This document shows positions 50,438 to 63,129 of a DNA stretch of 64,000 bases, piece after piece. This stretch comes from Geosiphon pyriformis uo1 (Eukaryota > Fungi > Glomeromycota). Below the pieces are notes generated by a model. That model was not told the origin of the DNA and did not search any database. It was given only the letters and a program-made list of their open reading frames with translations. The stretch covers positions 124,001 through 188,000 of the forward strand of contig JAAOMT010000384.1 in NCBI GenBank assembly GCA_016748015.1, written 5' to 3'. Position numbers and translations under genes: made by a program. How positions within the stretch are numbered: position 1 is the first letter of the stretch; each line of letters begins with the position of its first letter.

Positions 50438-53400
50438 TTATCACATGTATTAGTTACTGATGTCATATGATTAGCCACACTATTTTTAGAAAGTAATCAT
50501 TGATCTGATCAATGACCTGACTATTGACCTGACCATTGACCTGATCATTGACTTAATCATTGACCACTTTTGACAGCTATATAAGCAATAAATCTTTTAG
50601 CTGTAGAAAAGCATGTAATAACAAGCATTTGAATAATCAAGAATAAATAAAATAACAACTTTTATCTCAATCTTTCTCTTATTGCTAATTTCTCTTTCCC
50701 TATCTTCAAGTATTTGAACATTTTAAAGATAAAAAATTACTTGTTGGCCTTTTTCTAACATATATAATTGTAGCATTTGAAAATTATTTGAATAAATGTG
50801 ACTGAAAAGCACAAGTTGATACCTAATATTGAATTCTAAGAGCGCCAATGTAAGGCATAGAATTATACCAGTGGTGATCAATTGTTAACAATATGAACTA
50901 TCTCTCTATTTTCAGATTCCCCAGTTACTTTTAAAAAGAATAGTGACTGAGATATTTTATGAAACTGATCTCGCACATTGAATCCATACTCATTCAATTC
51001 ACTCTTTAAAGTTGAATTCTTCTTTGATTATTTCTATTACTCTACAATCCTGTTCTCTCTTGCTATCTGTTAGCTTGTTATTCCAACCTGTAACAATATT
51101 ATGCCTTTTGGGAATCAAGCACTAAGAAACAAATGGAAATTGGAGTGGGGCATACTGGTTAAAAAATGTTAGACTTACCATGTAGAAGTAATCAGAGATT
51201 ACCAGGAGAGACTATTGCATCTGGTACTGAGATTCAGGGGTAAAATAAGTGTACACATAGTTGTGTTGTACATGCCTGCATCAAAATCACCTACTGAAAA
51301 AGTGGTTGCAAAAGAGATCAAAAAGTTTTTAGCAGACATTGTGCAAAACAAAGAAATTATTATAGTGGCAGGTAATTTAAATAAAAATCTGGCATCTAAA
51401 TCACTTAAAAAAACAATTGCCACAAACAAAGAAAAAAAATATCCCACTGCAACATTGCTGCAACAGATGAATCTAATAGATATATATAGAATGTATGCAA
51501 TAAATAATCCAGATAATACATGGACATCAAATGGAGTACAAAAGATATTGGATTATGTGTTTACTAATATTAATACAGTCTCACTGGTCACAAATATTGG
51601 GGTAATTAATGTTAATGAATTATTTAGCACTGATTACAAAGCAGTGGTAACAATCATTCAATCTGATAGAATCTTGGCAGGCACTAAAAAATCTAAATCT
51701 GGAAGAAAGAAGTATAGCACAACTATAATTGATGTTAAAAAGGCATTTGGAGTCCAATGGAAGATCTATGCTAGAAAAACTAATTGACTAACAGATGAAG
51801 CATAAAGAAAATTGATAGATAACAGCAATAATAATCTAAACCAGATGTGGCTTACAATCAAAGAGACTGTGTTACAAGCTGCTGAATGCCTACTAAAAAA
51901 GAAAATGGGAGTCTGATCTTTACACACAAAGAAAAAATGCAAGGATTACAAGCTTGTTAAGATTGTCATTGATATAATCAAACAAATAAGAGTAAACAAT
52001 GCAGATATGTATGATAACAATATTATGCAGCTATTGGCCAAATAGAAACAATTGAAATCTGAGACAGTTAATACATATCTAATGACTCTCCCAAAAAATA
52101 AGCTTATTGTTGAATTACTAAGCATCAAAAAAGAATACAGATTTATACTGTATGCTAGGATCAGGTTACAACAACAAAAACAGATAATGAACAATATTAT
52201 TAAAAGACAACAAAACTTTAAGCTAAGCAAAGGAGCAATGATCAAAAGCATTCTGAACAGAAAAAGACAAAGAATAGTACTAGACCATGTCATTAAAGAA
52301 GGCGAATTTATGATGATCCTGATAAAATCAAGAAGCTAGTAAACAAAAAAGCTCAAGGGTAGACTAGAACAAGAATTTTTGAACCTGAACTATGAAAAAG
52401 TTGGGAACACAGGTTTAAGTCAATTGAAAGCATCCCAAATCATGTCTTTGATGGAGTGATGGCTAAAATAACAATTGAGGAATTTGACCACACATTAAGC
52501 CACACACCTTATAATAAAGCCCCTGGCCCATCAGGCATACAAACTGAACTTTGGAGAAAATCTGGGCCTAATACCAAGTCTAAATAGAAAAAATTGCTTA
52601 ATGCTTGCATAGAAGCAGCAAACATGCCTGAGGAGTGGAGAATAGCACAGGTCATACTAATTCCAAAGCCAAAAGAATAGAGTGGCAATATTGACATTAC
52701 CAGGCTGATCACACTTATTGAAAGCACTAAAAAAATCTTAACAAAGATTTTAACTGCAAGAATATCAAAAGCATGTGAGTGGAAGAAACCAAAATCCTAG
52801 CAGAAAAACTCTTTCTCTCTTAAATTTCATGACCACAAATAAAGCTAAGAGTAAAAAAGTTGCAAACATTACTTTTCCTATAGTAACTAATAAAGTTTTA
52901 ACATGAGAGAGTTTCTCTGTTATTGAAGCAGCTAGACAAAACATTGTTATTAGTGGAATTTTAACTATTAATTAGCATGAAATTATCTTCATAATTCTTA
53001 TTATTAAGTAGCATATTATTATCATTTCGATTATCACTTATTAATTAGCCAAATTATCAAATATTATTACTCAATCAATAACCCAATTTGTACTATAAAA
53101 ATTAAGATGATCAAATTACACAATACTCTGAACCATTTAATAGTCAAAATTTGCCAAAATTAATGAAAAAATTGCCGAAATAATTAATAATTTGTAGAAA
53201 TAACTTGTAGTTTGCCGAAATGTATCTTTAGTTTACCTAAATTGTAGAAAAGAGAAAAGTGCAAGTTTAAAGACTAGTACTATAACAAGTTGTATAAAAG
53301 AAGAGCTTCTCTCTTCAAGAAAATATATTCTTTTTATATCCTTCTTATATCTTACCATAGTATCTTACTTTAGACATCTTAATTAGAACAAATCACTTTT

Positions 53401-53924
53401 TACAAAAACCAAATAAAAATTAAATATTCAAAAACCAAATCTTTAAATTATTACATTTGAAATTCTCTTAACACAACTAATGTTTTGAAATTAATTAGCT
53501 ACCAATTTCAATAAACTGTTAGTGATTCCAAGTCTGGATAGAAAACGTTTCCTTTGATAAAATCTTATTTCTTTTACAGTTTTTTTATTTTTCTTTTATT
53601 TTCTTATTACAAATCATTAGAGTAGCCTACAGACAAGATTCTTGTAGAAGAGTTGACTTTTATAGCAAAGTAACTACACATTTTTAGTAAGCTTCAAAAT
53701 GAGCAATTCCTGAGAAAGAGTTGATGTTTACTACAACATAACTACACAAAGTAACTGGCACGGAATTGGCCATTCCACTTATAAGTCCAGCAGTTCAAAT
53801 TATAAAAGATAATTTGAAGATAAATTCAGTTATTGGAGGTTCAACTACTTCTAGAAAACGTGAATTTAAAACAAACAGACATTAATAACATTTAAGAAAA
53901 AAGACCAAAAACCTCTAATAACAT

Positions 53925-56900
53925 TTGGTGCTCTCTCACAGAAATAACACAGTACCAACAAAATTCAAAGTGGCGACCACACCAGACACAACAACTCTAA
54001 AGTATTATCAGTCAATTTATACACACTGCAAACAAAGATTCAACATCTCAGACGGAATTGAAGTTGTCAAAAAATCAGTATACCAATACATTGAAAACTG
54101 CATCAACAATTATCTTCTTGGAAATTACAACATCTTAGAAGTTAGAAGCAACTTTTACAATAATTTAGTGCACTATTCACGGTTGGAAACTGAAGATCTT
54201 AACAGTGAAACACTTGCCACTTACTTCCAAGAACTTAATTTTAATATTATCAAGTACTGTGAAGAAATATATCCAGTACAGTCTCAATATTCTATTGACT
54301 TTGAATCAGAAACAGAAACAAGTAACAAAGACAAACAAAAAGTGAAACAATACTCAAGAACCACCCCAAACACTCCAATACTACCAAAGACAACTGCCAA
54401 ACACTTGCAAACACCTAAACAAGAAACCAGTGTCAAATTACTACTTTCTATTACACTATTTCCAATTTCACTTGTTCAACCACAAACACTAAGTTCACTA
54501 CTTAATCATTTTTTCAGACCAGAAGATTTTTAGTTACTTAGAAATTCTACTCAACAACAAGAACCAATATTAACAAGTGCCAATATCATTGAATACTTAC
54601 AGGAAATCGAAAGTAATTCTTCAAAAAACTTGAAAAGTGAAGAAACTAAATCAGAACAAAAAGAAACTATAAAAAACAAAGAAGAAATGACAACTGCTTA
54701 TATTGCAAAAATCTCAGAGTTTACTGGTGAAAATAATAATACCAGTTCTCAAGAATGGCTTGATAAAGTCCAGAAAGCAGGAGATACAAATGGTTGGAAT
54801 GCAGCAAGAATGCTCAAAGCAATTCTATACTTTCTTCAAGGAACTGCAGAAGAATGGTTTGAAAACTTGAAAGAACTATTTGAAAACTGCCAAGCATTCA
54901 AAGATGCTTTTTTACAACAATTCAATGACAACAACACCTCTATTACTCTCCACAATTGCTTTTACAATATCAAACAAGAAACATCTGAAACTGTTATGAC
55001 CTATCTTGGGAGATTCAACAAACTTCTCTGATGAATTCAACAATTAGAAACCAATAACTACTACTCCAATGCTCAGATTCTGAATCAATTTATAGCAGGA
55101 TTAAAGGACAAATTAATCAAAAAAGTTTGCTCACATGCTCCAGAAAACTTAGCAACAGCTATTTGACATGCAAAGAACTATGCAATGGCTATAGAAGAAG
55201 CAAACCACACTAAACTTGTTAACTTAACTATTAGAGAAACCAGTTCAGCAGCTGAAGAGAAGATAGACCAACTCACAAAGAAGGTTAAAAGCTACTTTAC
55301 AAACCAACAACAACAGCAACAACAAAGATATCAATCACCCCAACAATGCAATCAAAACAATTTTGGATTACCATCCAACAACCAAACTCAAAATTGTTAT
55401 TATTGTAGAATTTCAGGACACTGGAAATGAGATTACAGAAAATTGCAAAGAGACCAACAAAACAGGAGTAATCAACATTACTCTTTACCACAACAATCTT
55501 ATTACCAACCTTCACTACAAACTTATTATTTACCAAGACCACAAAATCAAAACAGTTACTATCAACCAGCTCCACAATCAATGCAGCAACAATATCAACA
55601 ATCTTTACCAATTCAGCAATATTAGATATCACCCACTCAACAATATCAAGTACCAGCAAAAAGATTGGTTCAACATAATCAATTCACATTCCAAAATCAA
55701 TTCCAAAATAACAACAATAGAATCAATCCAAATAACCAGTTGGTTCCCTGAAATTCTGGTCAGCAAAAACCCAATTACTATTACACTCAACCCAATTATC
55801 TTACAATACCAGAAAAATCGGATTTTCAACAAACTGCACTTTCTGAAGATGAAATTGCAGCACCAAGATCAAACCCTTCTAACAACACTATTCCACCAGC
55901 TCAAATTGCCCAAAATGCCAATCTTTCAGATATATTTCCATTCGAATTTGAAGCAAATGAATCACCATTCTTGCTTAGTAATGCAGCAGCTAATGAACAA
56001 AAAGCTATTACTGTCATGTACACTGAAGCTACAGTAGAAGAAAAACCCATCTGATTAATTCTAGACAGTGGATCAGTGAGAAGTATTATTACCTATTAGT
56101 TAATGCAACAGCTTCAAAGAACTGTTGACAGACCAGCCCAAACTGTAATTGTTACAGCAGATGGTATAAAAAAGACACCAGTAGGAGAAATTGACAATTT
56201 CCTATTCACTATTGATAGAATCACCATTCCAGTCAAAGTTTTAGTCATGGATGCACCCCAATACCAAGCTCTGGTCAGAAATAATTGGCTTCTTAAAGCT
56301 AATGCAAACCTAGACTGGGAAACTCAGGAACTAAAAATCTCATACCAAAAACAATACACTATAGTACCTGCTACTTGTAGTACTTTCAACAAACAATCAG
56401 AAAAAGCCCCAGTATTTGAATTTGAAGAGGAGAAAGAAATGCCACTCACTAAAACTTACATGGCTCTTGGATTAACATCCAATTGGGCTAAAAAAACAAA
56501 ACAGGAGATTTTTGAAGAATCAAGAGGATGGAAGAAAGTCAAATACTCTACACCAGAACCACGGAAACAACCACCCTATATTCCACTCAAATGCAAAGAT
56601 TGCAACAAGAAACTTTCATCAATGGAAGCATGTATTTCTTCAGAAGAGGAATATGAAACTTGTATCTGCTACTTTTGTAAAACATGCCATAAAGAACGAT
56701 TTGGATACCCCAAAAAGAGTGGAAAATAGGACAACACACCTTGCCTTACATGTGGAAACATACTATTAGAAAAATGCAACTGGATTGATGTTGCAATGAG
56801 AGAAAAAGTATGTGACCAAATCTGTCAATATGCTCTATCAATTTCAGAAAAAGTCAGAAAAAGAACACTATTTGATGCAGCATACAACAGTGCTCTCAAT

Positions 56901-59574
56901 AAACTTTACCACTATCCTCATGATGCTGAAATGATTTTTGATTTAGCAATAGCATTAATTAATGAAGCCACTCAAGAAGATGTCCACCAAATGAAAGAAG
57001 CTGAATACATTGAATATACAATAGAATTAGCTGGATTCAACTATGAAAATGAGATAGAAACATACCACCAAATTGCAAGCCACACATATCCAATCCAAGA
57101 AGCTCAAATTCAATAATTAGAGCAGATGAACATTCAATTATGTGAAGAATACATCATGCCTTGTGATGACAAATGTGTCCAGAATGCTATGTTCTTAGCA
57201 TTCCTCTGCCCAATGAAAATGACCAGGAAAAAAATCGAATTTGGAAAACCAGAAACAAAAGAAGAAACTATAATCACACCAATCTATCTTATTGAAAACC
57301 AGTCTGCTATACAACTCAAATACTTTGACAACAATGGAAAAGAGATAAAACCAGAAAAAGCTCACGAAATTGATGCAGGATATGATTTCAGATATTCTGG
57401 CAAAGACACTTTGGTTTTGCAGCCAAAATCTTTAACCAAAATTAACCTTAAGATTGCTCTTGAAATACTACCAGGAGCAATGGTTCAAATTGCATCTAGA
57501 TTATCATTAGCCAGCAAAGAAATCAATATTAGAGGAGAAATTATAGATGCAGGATACACTGGAGACATTATCATCATGTTGCAGAATAAAACAGACAAAC
57601 CATTCAAAATTGAACATGCTAAAAAAATTGCTCAAGCAATTTACCTACTCTTAATCAATATTTCGAGTCTACAATCAGTTAACAACAGAGAACAATTGGG
57701 AAAAAGTGAAAGAAGAATGCAAGATTTTGGTTCAATGGGACAATTTACAGTTTCAGTAAACATAGCTCTTAATATACAAAATGAATCTTACCAGATTCTT
57801 CAACTTTCCCAACCAATTACCATTTCACCTTTTGGAGAACATTACAAAATTTACACTTGCTCAAAACTCACTACTACTCAGCAAATCTTTAAATCCAATA
57901 AACAAATCTGTTTGAAGCATGAAATTTCAATTCCAAACATTTATATTCCCAAAGGAATGAAAAAAATTTGAGTTATATTCTACAATTCTAATAATTACCC
58001 TATTGCCTTATTAAACAAATTAGAGATTAAAATCATACATAACAATATCTTTCAAGATGAAAACTCTCAAATTGTCTCTAATTTCATCGAAATTGTAAGA
58101 CACACTCTACTCTCAAACCCAAATATCATTTCCACTACCGAAAACTACCACTTTTTGGAAGAAAAACTCTCTTGAATCAACATGGGTCTCTTAGAACCTT
58201 AACAACAAAAACAATTGAAACAATTGATAGCTGAATTTGCAGATATATTTGCAAAAGACAACAATGACCTGGGAAAAACGGATATTGTTCAACATCAGAT
58301 CCATACAAAAGATGCTCTACCAAAATGTCAGTAAGCTTACAGAGTGCCACCTGTCAGCCACCAATTCATCAGAAAAGAAGTTCAGAGAATGCTCAATAAC
58401 GGATTGATTCAACCATCAAGAAGTCCTTGGGCCTCACTAGTAGTTTTAGTTAAAAAAAAACGGAAAAATCAGATTCTATGTTGATTATAGACAACTGAAT
58501 AGTATTACAATTGGAGATGTCTACTCTCTTTCAAAAATTGATGACATGCTAGATGCTCTAGGAAAAGCCAAGTTCTTCTCAACTTTAGACTTAAAAAGTG
58601 ATACTGGCAAGTCGAAATAGACCCAAAAGATAGACTCAAGACAGCATTCATCATTCAAGGAGAAAATTATGAGTTCAATGTTATGCTTTTTGAACTCTGC
58701 AACATTTTAGTGACTTATAGATGTTGTATATGAATGACTCTTGTGGCAATCAGTAGTTGTCTATCTTGATGACACTGATATATACTTACCAAGCTTTGAA
58801 GCCCACCTTATTCACCTGCGAGAAGTTTTTCAACGATTACGGAAAGCAGAATTAAAGTTAAATATTGAGAAATGTCACTTTAAAAAAACAAGCTTAATCT
58901 TTCTTAGACACATTGTGAGCAAAAATGAAGTCAAACCAAACCCTAGAACAATCAGTACTGTTAAAAACTTCCAAACTTTCAAAAATACCACAGAGCTATG
59001 AGAATTTGTAGGATTAGCCTTCTACTATCGGAAATTTATCAAAAGATTCTCAAAAATTGCCAAACTACTCAATTATCTTACCAACAAAAATATGCCATAC
59101 AAATAAGCAGAAGAACAACAGAAAGCTTTTGAAACTCTCAAAACAAGATTGACAACAGCCCCAGTTCTTGTTTACCCAGACTTCAACAAACAGTTCCAAC
59201 TAGCCACTGATGCTTCACATATAGCATTTGGTGCCATTCTATCACAATTGGATGAAAATAGCCAGAAATAAGTCATTGTCTATGCCAGTAAAACACTCAA
59301 GCCAACAGAACTCAAATATGGCTCATTTGAATTAGAAGTGGCTGCAGTCATCTGGGTTCTCAAATACTTTCAACAATATTTGAAAAATGGAAAAGAATTT
59401 GACATCATAACTGACAATATTGGTCTCAAATGGCTCAATAAAAAGAAAACTGAACAAAGTGCCAAACAGTCTCAATAGAATGACTTCTTAGCAGACTACA
59501 AATATATTGTACACCACAAACCAGGAAAACTACACACTAATGTTGACAGCCTTTCAAGAATGAGACAATATTAA
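53925..59574 (+). pseudogene. Family C gag-pol (Gag, PR, Cys-rich domain, dUTPase, RT, RH); gag and PR in one frame
   Basis: ORF pieces 53925-57971 share one frame; CYYCRISGHWK.DY; ILDSGS; IDAGYDF, IASRLSLA, IIDAGYTG; VYLDD; VDSLSRMRQY*. Confidence 0.9.
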
Positions 59575-59641
59575 TACCAACATCAACACCAACAAAACAA
59601 CAACAAACTTAACAGCAGAACAAACAACAAAATCAACAACA

Positions 59642-61027
59642 ATAGATCCAGAAAACTACAACAACATCAAAAACTATTTGGAGACTCTCACCATACCAGA
59701 AAATTGGTCTCCAAGTGAAAAACATCAATTACAACACCAATCCAAACAATATTTTATACACCACAACAAAATTTATTACAAAAATTGTAAAAACCCAAAC
59801 CAACCACTCAGATTAGTACAGAAAAATAAAAAAGAAACTATTCTATACAACATGCATACAGATCCCTCTTCAGCACACTTGGGAAGAGATGGAACAATTC
59901 AAAAAACTCTTGAACATTATTTTTGGCCTCACATGCAAAAAGACATTCAACAATATGTAGAATCTTATGATAGTTGTCAAAAAAGAGGAAGAACTTGCCC
60001 CACAAAACCTTTAAATCCAATCAAAGTTGGACAACCTTTTGACAGAATTGAAATTGATTTAGTCAGACCATTATCTATCACAATCCAAAGAAATTGCTAT
60101 ATTGTAGTAGCAGTAGATTAGCTCACCAAATGGCCTGAAGCTAGAGCCATTCAAAGAGCAGATGCAAAATCAGTAGCAAATTTCATCTATGAAGACATTA
60201 TTTGTAGACATGGATGCCCAATTGAACTTTTATCTGATTAAGGAACACATTTTGTAAACAACTTGATACAAAAAATTTGTGAACAGTTCAATGTCAAAAG
60301 ATTTCTATTATTATCTTATCACCCCCAAACAAATAGACTTATAGAACGTTTCAACAGAACATTGTGTAAATCCTTAGCCAAAGTCTCAACAGATTTTGAG
60401 CAGAAATGAAATATTTTTATTCCATCAATATTACTAGCATACAGAATACTAAAACAAAATACTATGAAACACACACCATTTAATCTTACTTATGGAAGGA
60501 CAACAACACTACCAATTAATTTCATAGTGGAAACATACCCAGTGCAATCAATTAATGAAGAAAACTTTCAAGAAACACTCCAAAAAAGAGCCTACACTCT
60601 TCTTAGTACACTAAAAGGAAAAAAAAGAATAGCAGCAACTTATATTGAACACTTCCAAGCTCAATAAAAAGAAAGACATGACAACAAATTACCACCCATT
60701 ACCAATGAATTTAAAGTTGGAAATAAAGTTTTCTTACACAGAACTAAGACTGAAAAACAATGGAGTAGAAAATTTGAAAACAAATGGGATGAACTATTTT
60801 ATATTTACGAAATTCTAGGCAATAGATCATACAAATTAAGACTTGATAACAAAGTACTAGCAAAAGTTGCACATGGAGACAGATTAAAATACTATCATTC
60901 CAGAAACAATCCTGAACCATTAATTCCACAAATTGGTACACATTCCCTTTTAATTAATTCTGAAGATATTCTCCGAAATCTAGAACCAATAATCATAATA
61001 GAACAACAACCAAACTTGAACACTTAA
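59642..61027 (+). pseudogene. Family C integrase (separate ORF; ATG>ATA)
   Basis: MHTDPSSAHLG..SCQKR; IDLVRPL; LLSD; IERFN; KWDELFYI. Confidence 0.9.
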
Positions 61028-61173
61028 TTCAACATATTTTTACAATAATCCTTTTAATAAACACACAAAAACAGAAAAAAAAGATAATAAATAATTACAA
61101 GAAAAAAATAAAAACCTCCACACCCAAAAAATAATTTTCTTTATTCTTCTTTATTAATTAGTCAATTTTTACC

Positions 61174-61880
61174 ATAATTATTTCCCGAAATATCCAACAA
61201 ATATCTCAAAAATTAATGTTAGCTTTAAAAACACTTTCTGACTTATCCATAACGATTAATAGAAGTCAAATTGATTATATTTAAAAAAAAACCACACTCT
61301 CAGTAGTATATAATTCTCAGAACTATCACTCCTATAGAAAAAAAACAAGAAGTCACTCTGGAAATAGGTTACCAGAACTTTTAAAGCAAGCATTGAAAGA
61401 AAATTTTTTAATTGCCCCTATTGACATTTCACCAAATGCCACATTGTAACAAAAACTTCTACTATTCCTTAATGAACAGAACAATGAATATACTTCTATA
61501 TATAGATATTTTCATATTAGAAAAACACTTTATAAACGAAAACTGGAACTTGAAGCAACCAACATTATTCTTGAGACTGTACAAAAACAAATTCACAATG
61601 AATTTAAGACAGCAGCTGGACCAACAAACACTCGCTACAAACTTAGAGCAGCTTTTAGATTCTATGATTTTTCAACACTTGCAAAAATGTTCTACAAAAT
61701 CCAATACTGCAACCAATGAAAGTTCAATATATTGGCAAATTCACAGAACTGAAATTTCAACAATTTTCAGACCAAATCACTTCAATTATTCTGGACCACT
61801 ATTTTGACATCACAAATAGTGCTTGGACTTTGATAGAGCTCAGTCTTAAAGAGGAGATTATGTTACCAGTAGAATTTTAG
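61174..61880 (+). pseudogene. Family C ORF4
   Basis: NIQQISQKLMLAL..SDLSITIN and YIGKFTELKFQQ..LDHY match family A ORF4. Confidence 0.6.
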
Positions 61881-62251
61881 CTATTAATTAGCATGAAATT
61901 ATCTTCATAATTCTTATTATTAAGTAGCATATTATTATCATTTTAATTATCACTTATTAATTAGCCAAATTATCAAATATTATTACTTAATTAATAATTC
62001 GATTTATACTATAGAAATTAAGATGATCAAATTACACAATACTCTAAACCATTTAATATAGTCAAAATTCGCCAAAATTAATAGAAAAATCGCTAAAATA
62101 ATCAATAATTTGTAGAAATAATTTGTAGTTTGCTGAAATGTATTTTTAGTCCAAATTGTAGAAAAGAAAAAAGTACAAGTTTAAAGACTAGTACTATAAC
62201 AAGTTGTATAAAAGAAAAGCTTCTCTCTTCAAGAAAATATATCCTTCCCAT

Positions 62252-63129
62252 TGTTACAGGTGACAATTTCTGGTGTTAAATTAAATACGAACCCATAACT
62301 TAATGCTCAAAGCTATTCTTGTTGTCGATGATCTGAAGGTTTGGTATCTGAAAGTTTTGTATCTGAAGAGTTTGGTTGAGTTCTTTGTATAATGGACAGA
62401 GATTCAATGGTGATAGTTTTTTCCATAGCTTCCTGAAACTGCAGTTTCGTCAATTTCTTTCTTAGCTTAATGACTGGTATTTCTTCTGATAAGTTATCTT
62501 CAATCGAGTGTTCTACTCTTATTTCTGGGTCTTTTACCAGTTACGTTTATCCTTACATCAGTGCCCCACATGTTAATCCTCAATAGAGTTAGTAAACAAC
62601 AATAAAATCAAAGTAAGAAAATAAAAAAAATAAAATAAAATAAAGAAAAAAAAGAAATAAGCCAAGGCGATTTGCAAGTTAGTATTCCATCAATAGCCGT
62701 AATCAAGAGCTATTGTTCCAGTGTGGTTAAGTATCAATTACTATCAACATTTTATGTTGATAGTAGAAATGGGTTTAAGATAACAAATAGTTATTTATTA
62801 GATGATTGTAATTTGGAGAGTTGCTTAGATTAAATCTAAAACTAAGAGGTCTGTCTTTTTAGCTTCTAATCCTGCTGCTATATATACATAATTGAGATTC
62901 CTCAATTCCTCAATTCTTTATGACAGGAATCCTGGAATTCCTGGAATTTTGTGATTCCTTTGAGAGGAATCCTGGAATTCTGGAATTCTGCGATTTCTCA
63001 TCAGGGAATCCTGAAATTCCTGGAATCCTGCAATTCCTGAGAGGAATTCTGGAATTCCATATTTACTATGCCTACTTCTGATTGGCTAATAATCATGCTA
63101 ATATATTTCCTATATTTCTATGAGTAATA
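62252..63129 (-). repeat. Solo LTR 'family D' (878 bp), TSD CCAT, nested in the 3' LTR of C
   Basis: TGTTAC...GTAATA; CCAT on both sides; C LTR sequence resumes after it; orientation inferred from the positions of the repeats and TATA. Confidence 0.88.
62892..63058. repeat. Imperfect GGAAT(T)CCT tandem array in LTR D
   Basis: 8-9-bp units directly visible. Confidence 0.85.

Larger units (their letters stand above)
43365..51095 (+). mobile_element. Gypsy family B, copy 3, full length, TSD ATAT
   Basis: LTRs 43365-44101 and 50407-51095; removing it restores the LINE endonuclease FGTEEYYAFWES. Confidence 0.96.
40732..52780 (+). mobile_element. LINE of a second, A-rich subfamily; interrupted by B3 and by retroposon copy c
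   Basis: ORF1 to 43156 (VRDIPLG..FGEVKKV..WQSAVVEF; CHFCYQIGHLVSKC); ORF2 from 43185 (WKIETINVRELN, AETK), resuming at 51100 (VAGNLN, LDY, KAPGPSG, ILIPK). Confidence 0.88.

Noticed and set aside
55363-56037. 224-aa ORF and the many antisense ORFs in the track
   Set aside because: Alternative-frame shadows of low-complexity Q/N-rich gag or other TE coding sequence
62331-62340. ATCTGAAGGT tRNA box in LTR D
   Set aside because: Part of a local atctgaa repeat, and the partner box is absent; probably chance
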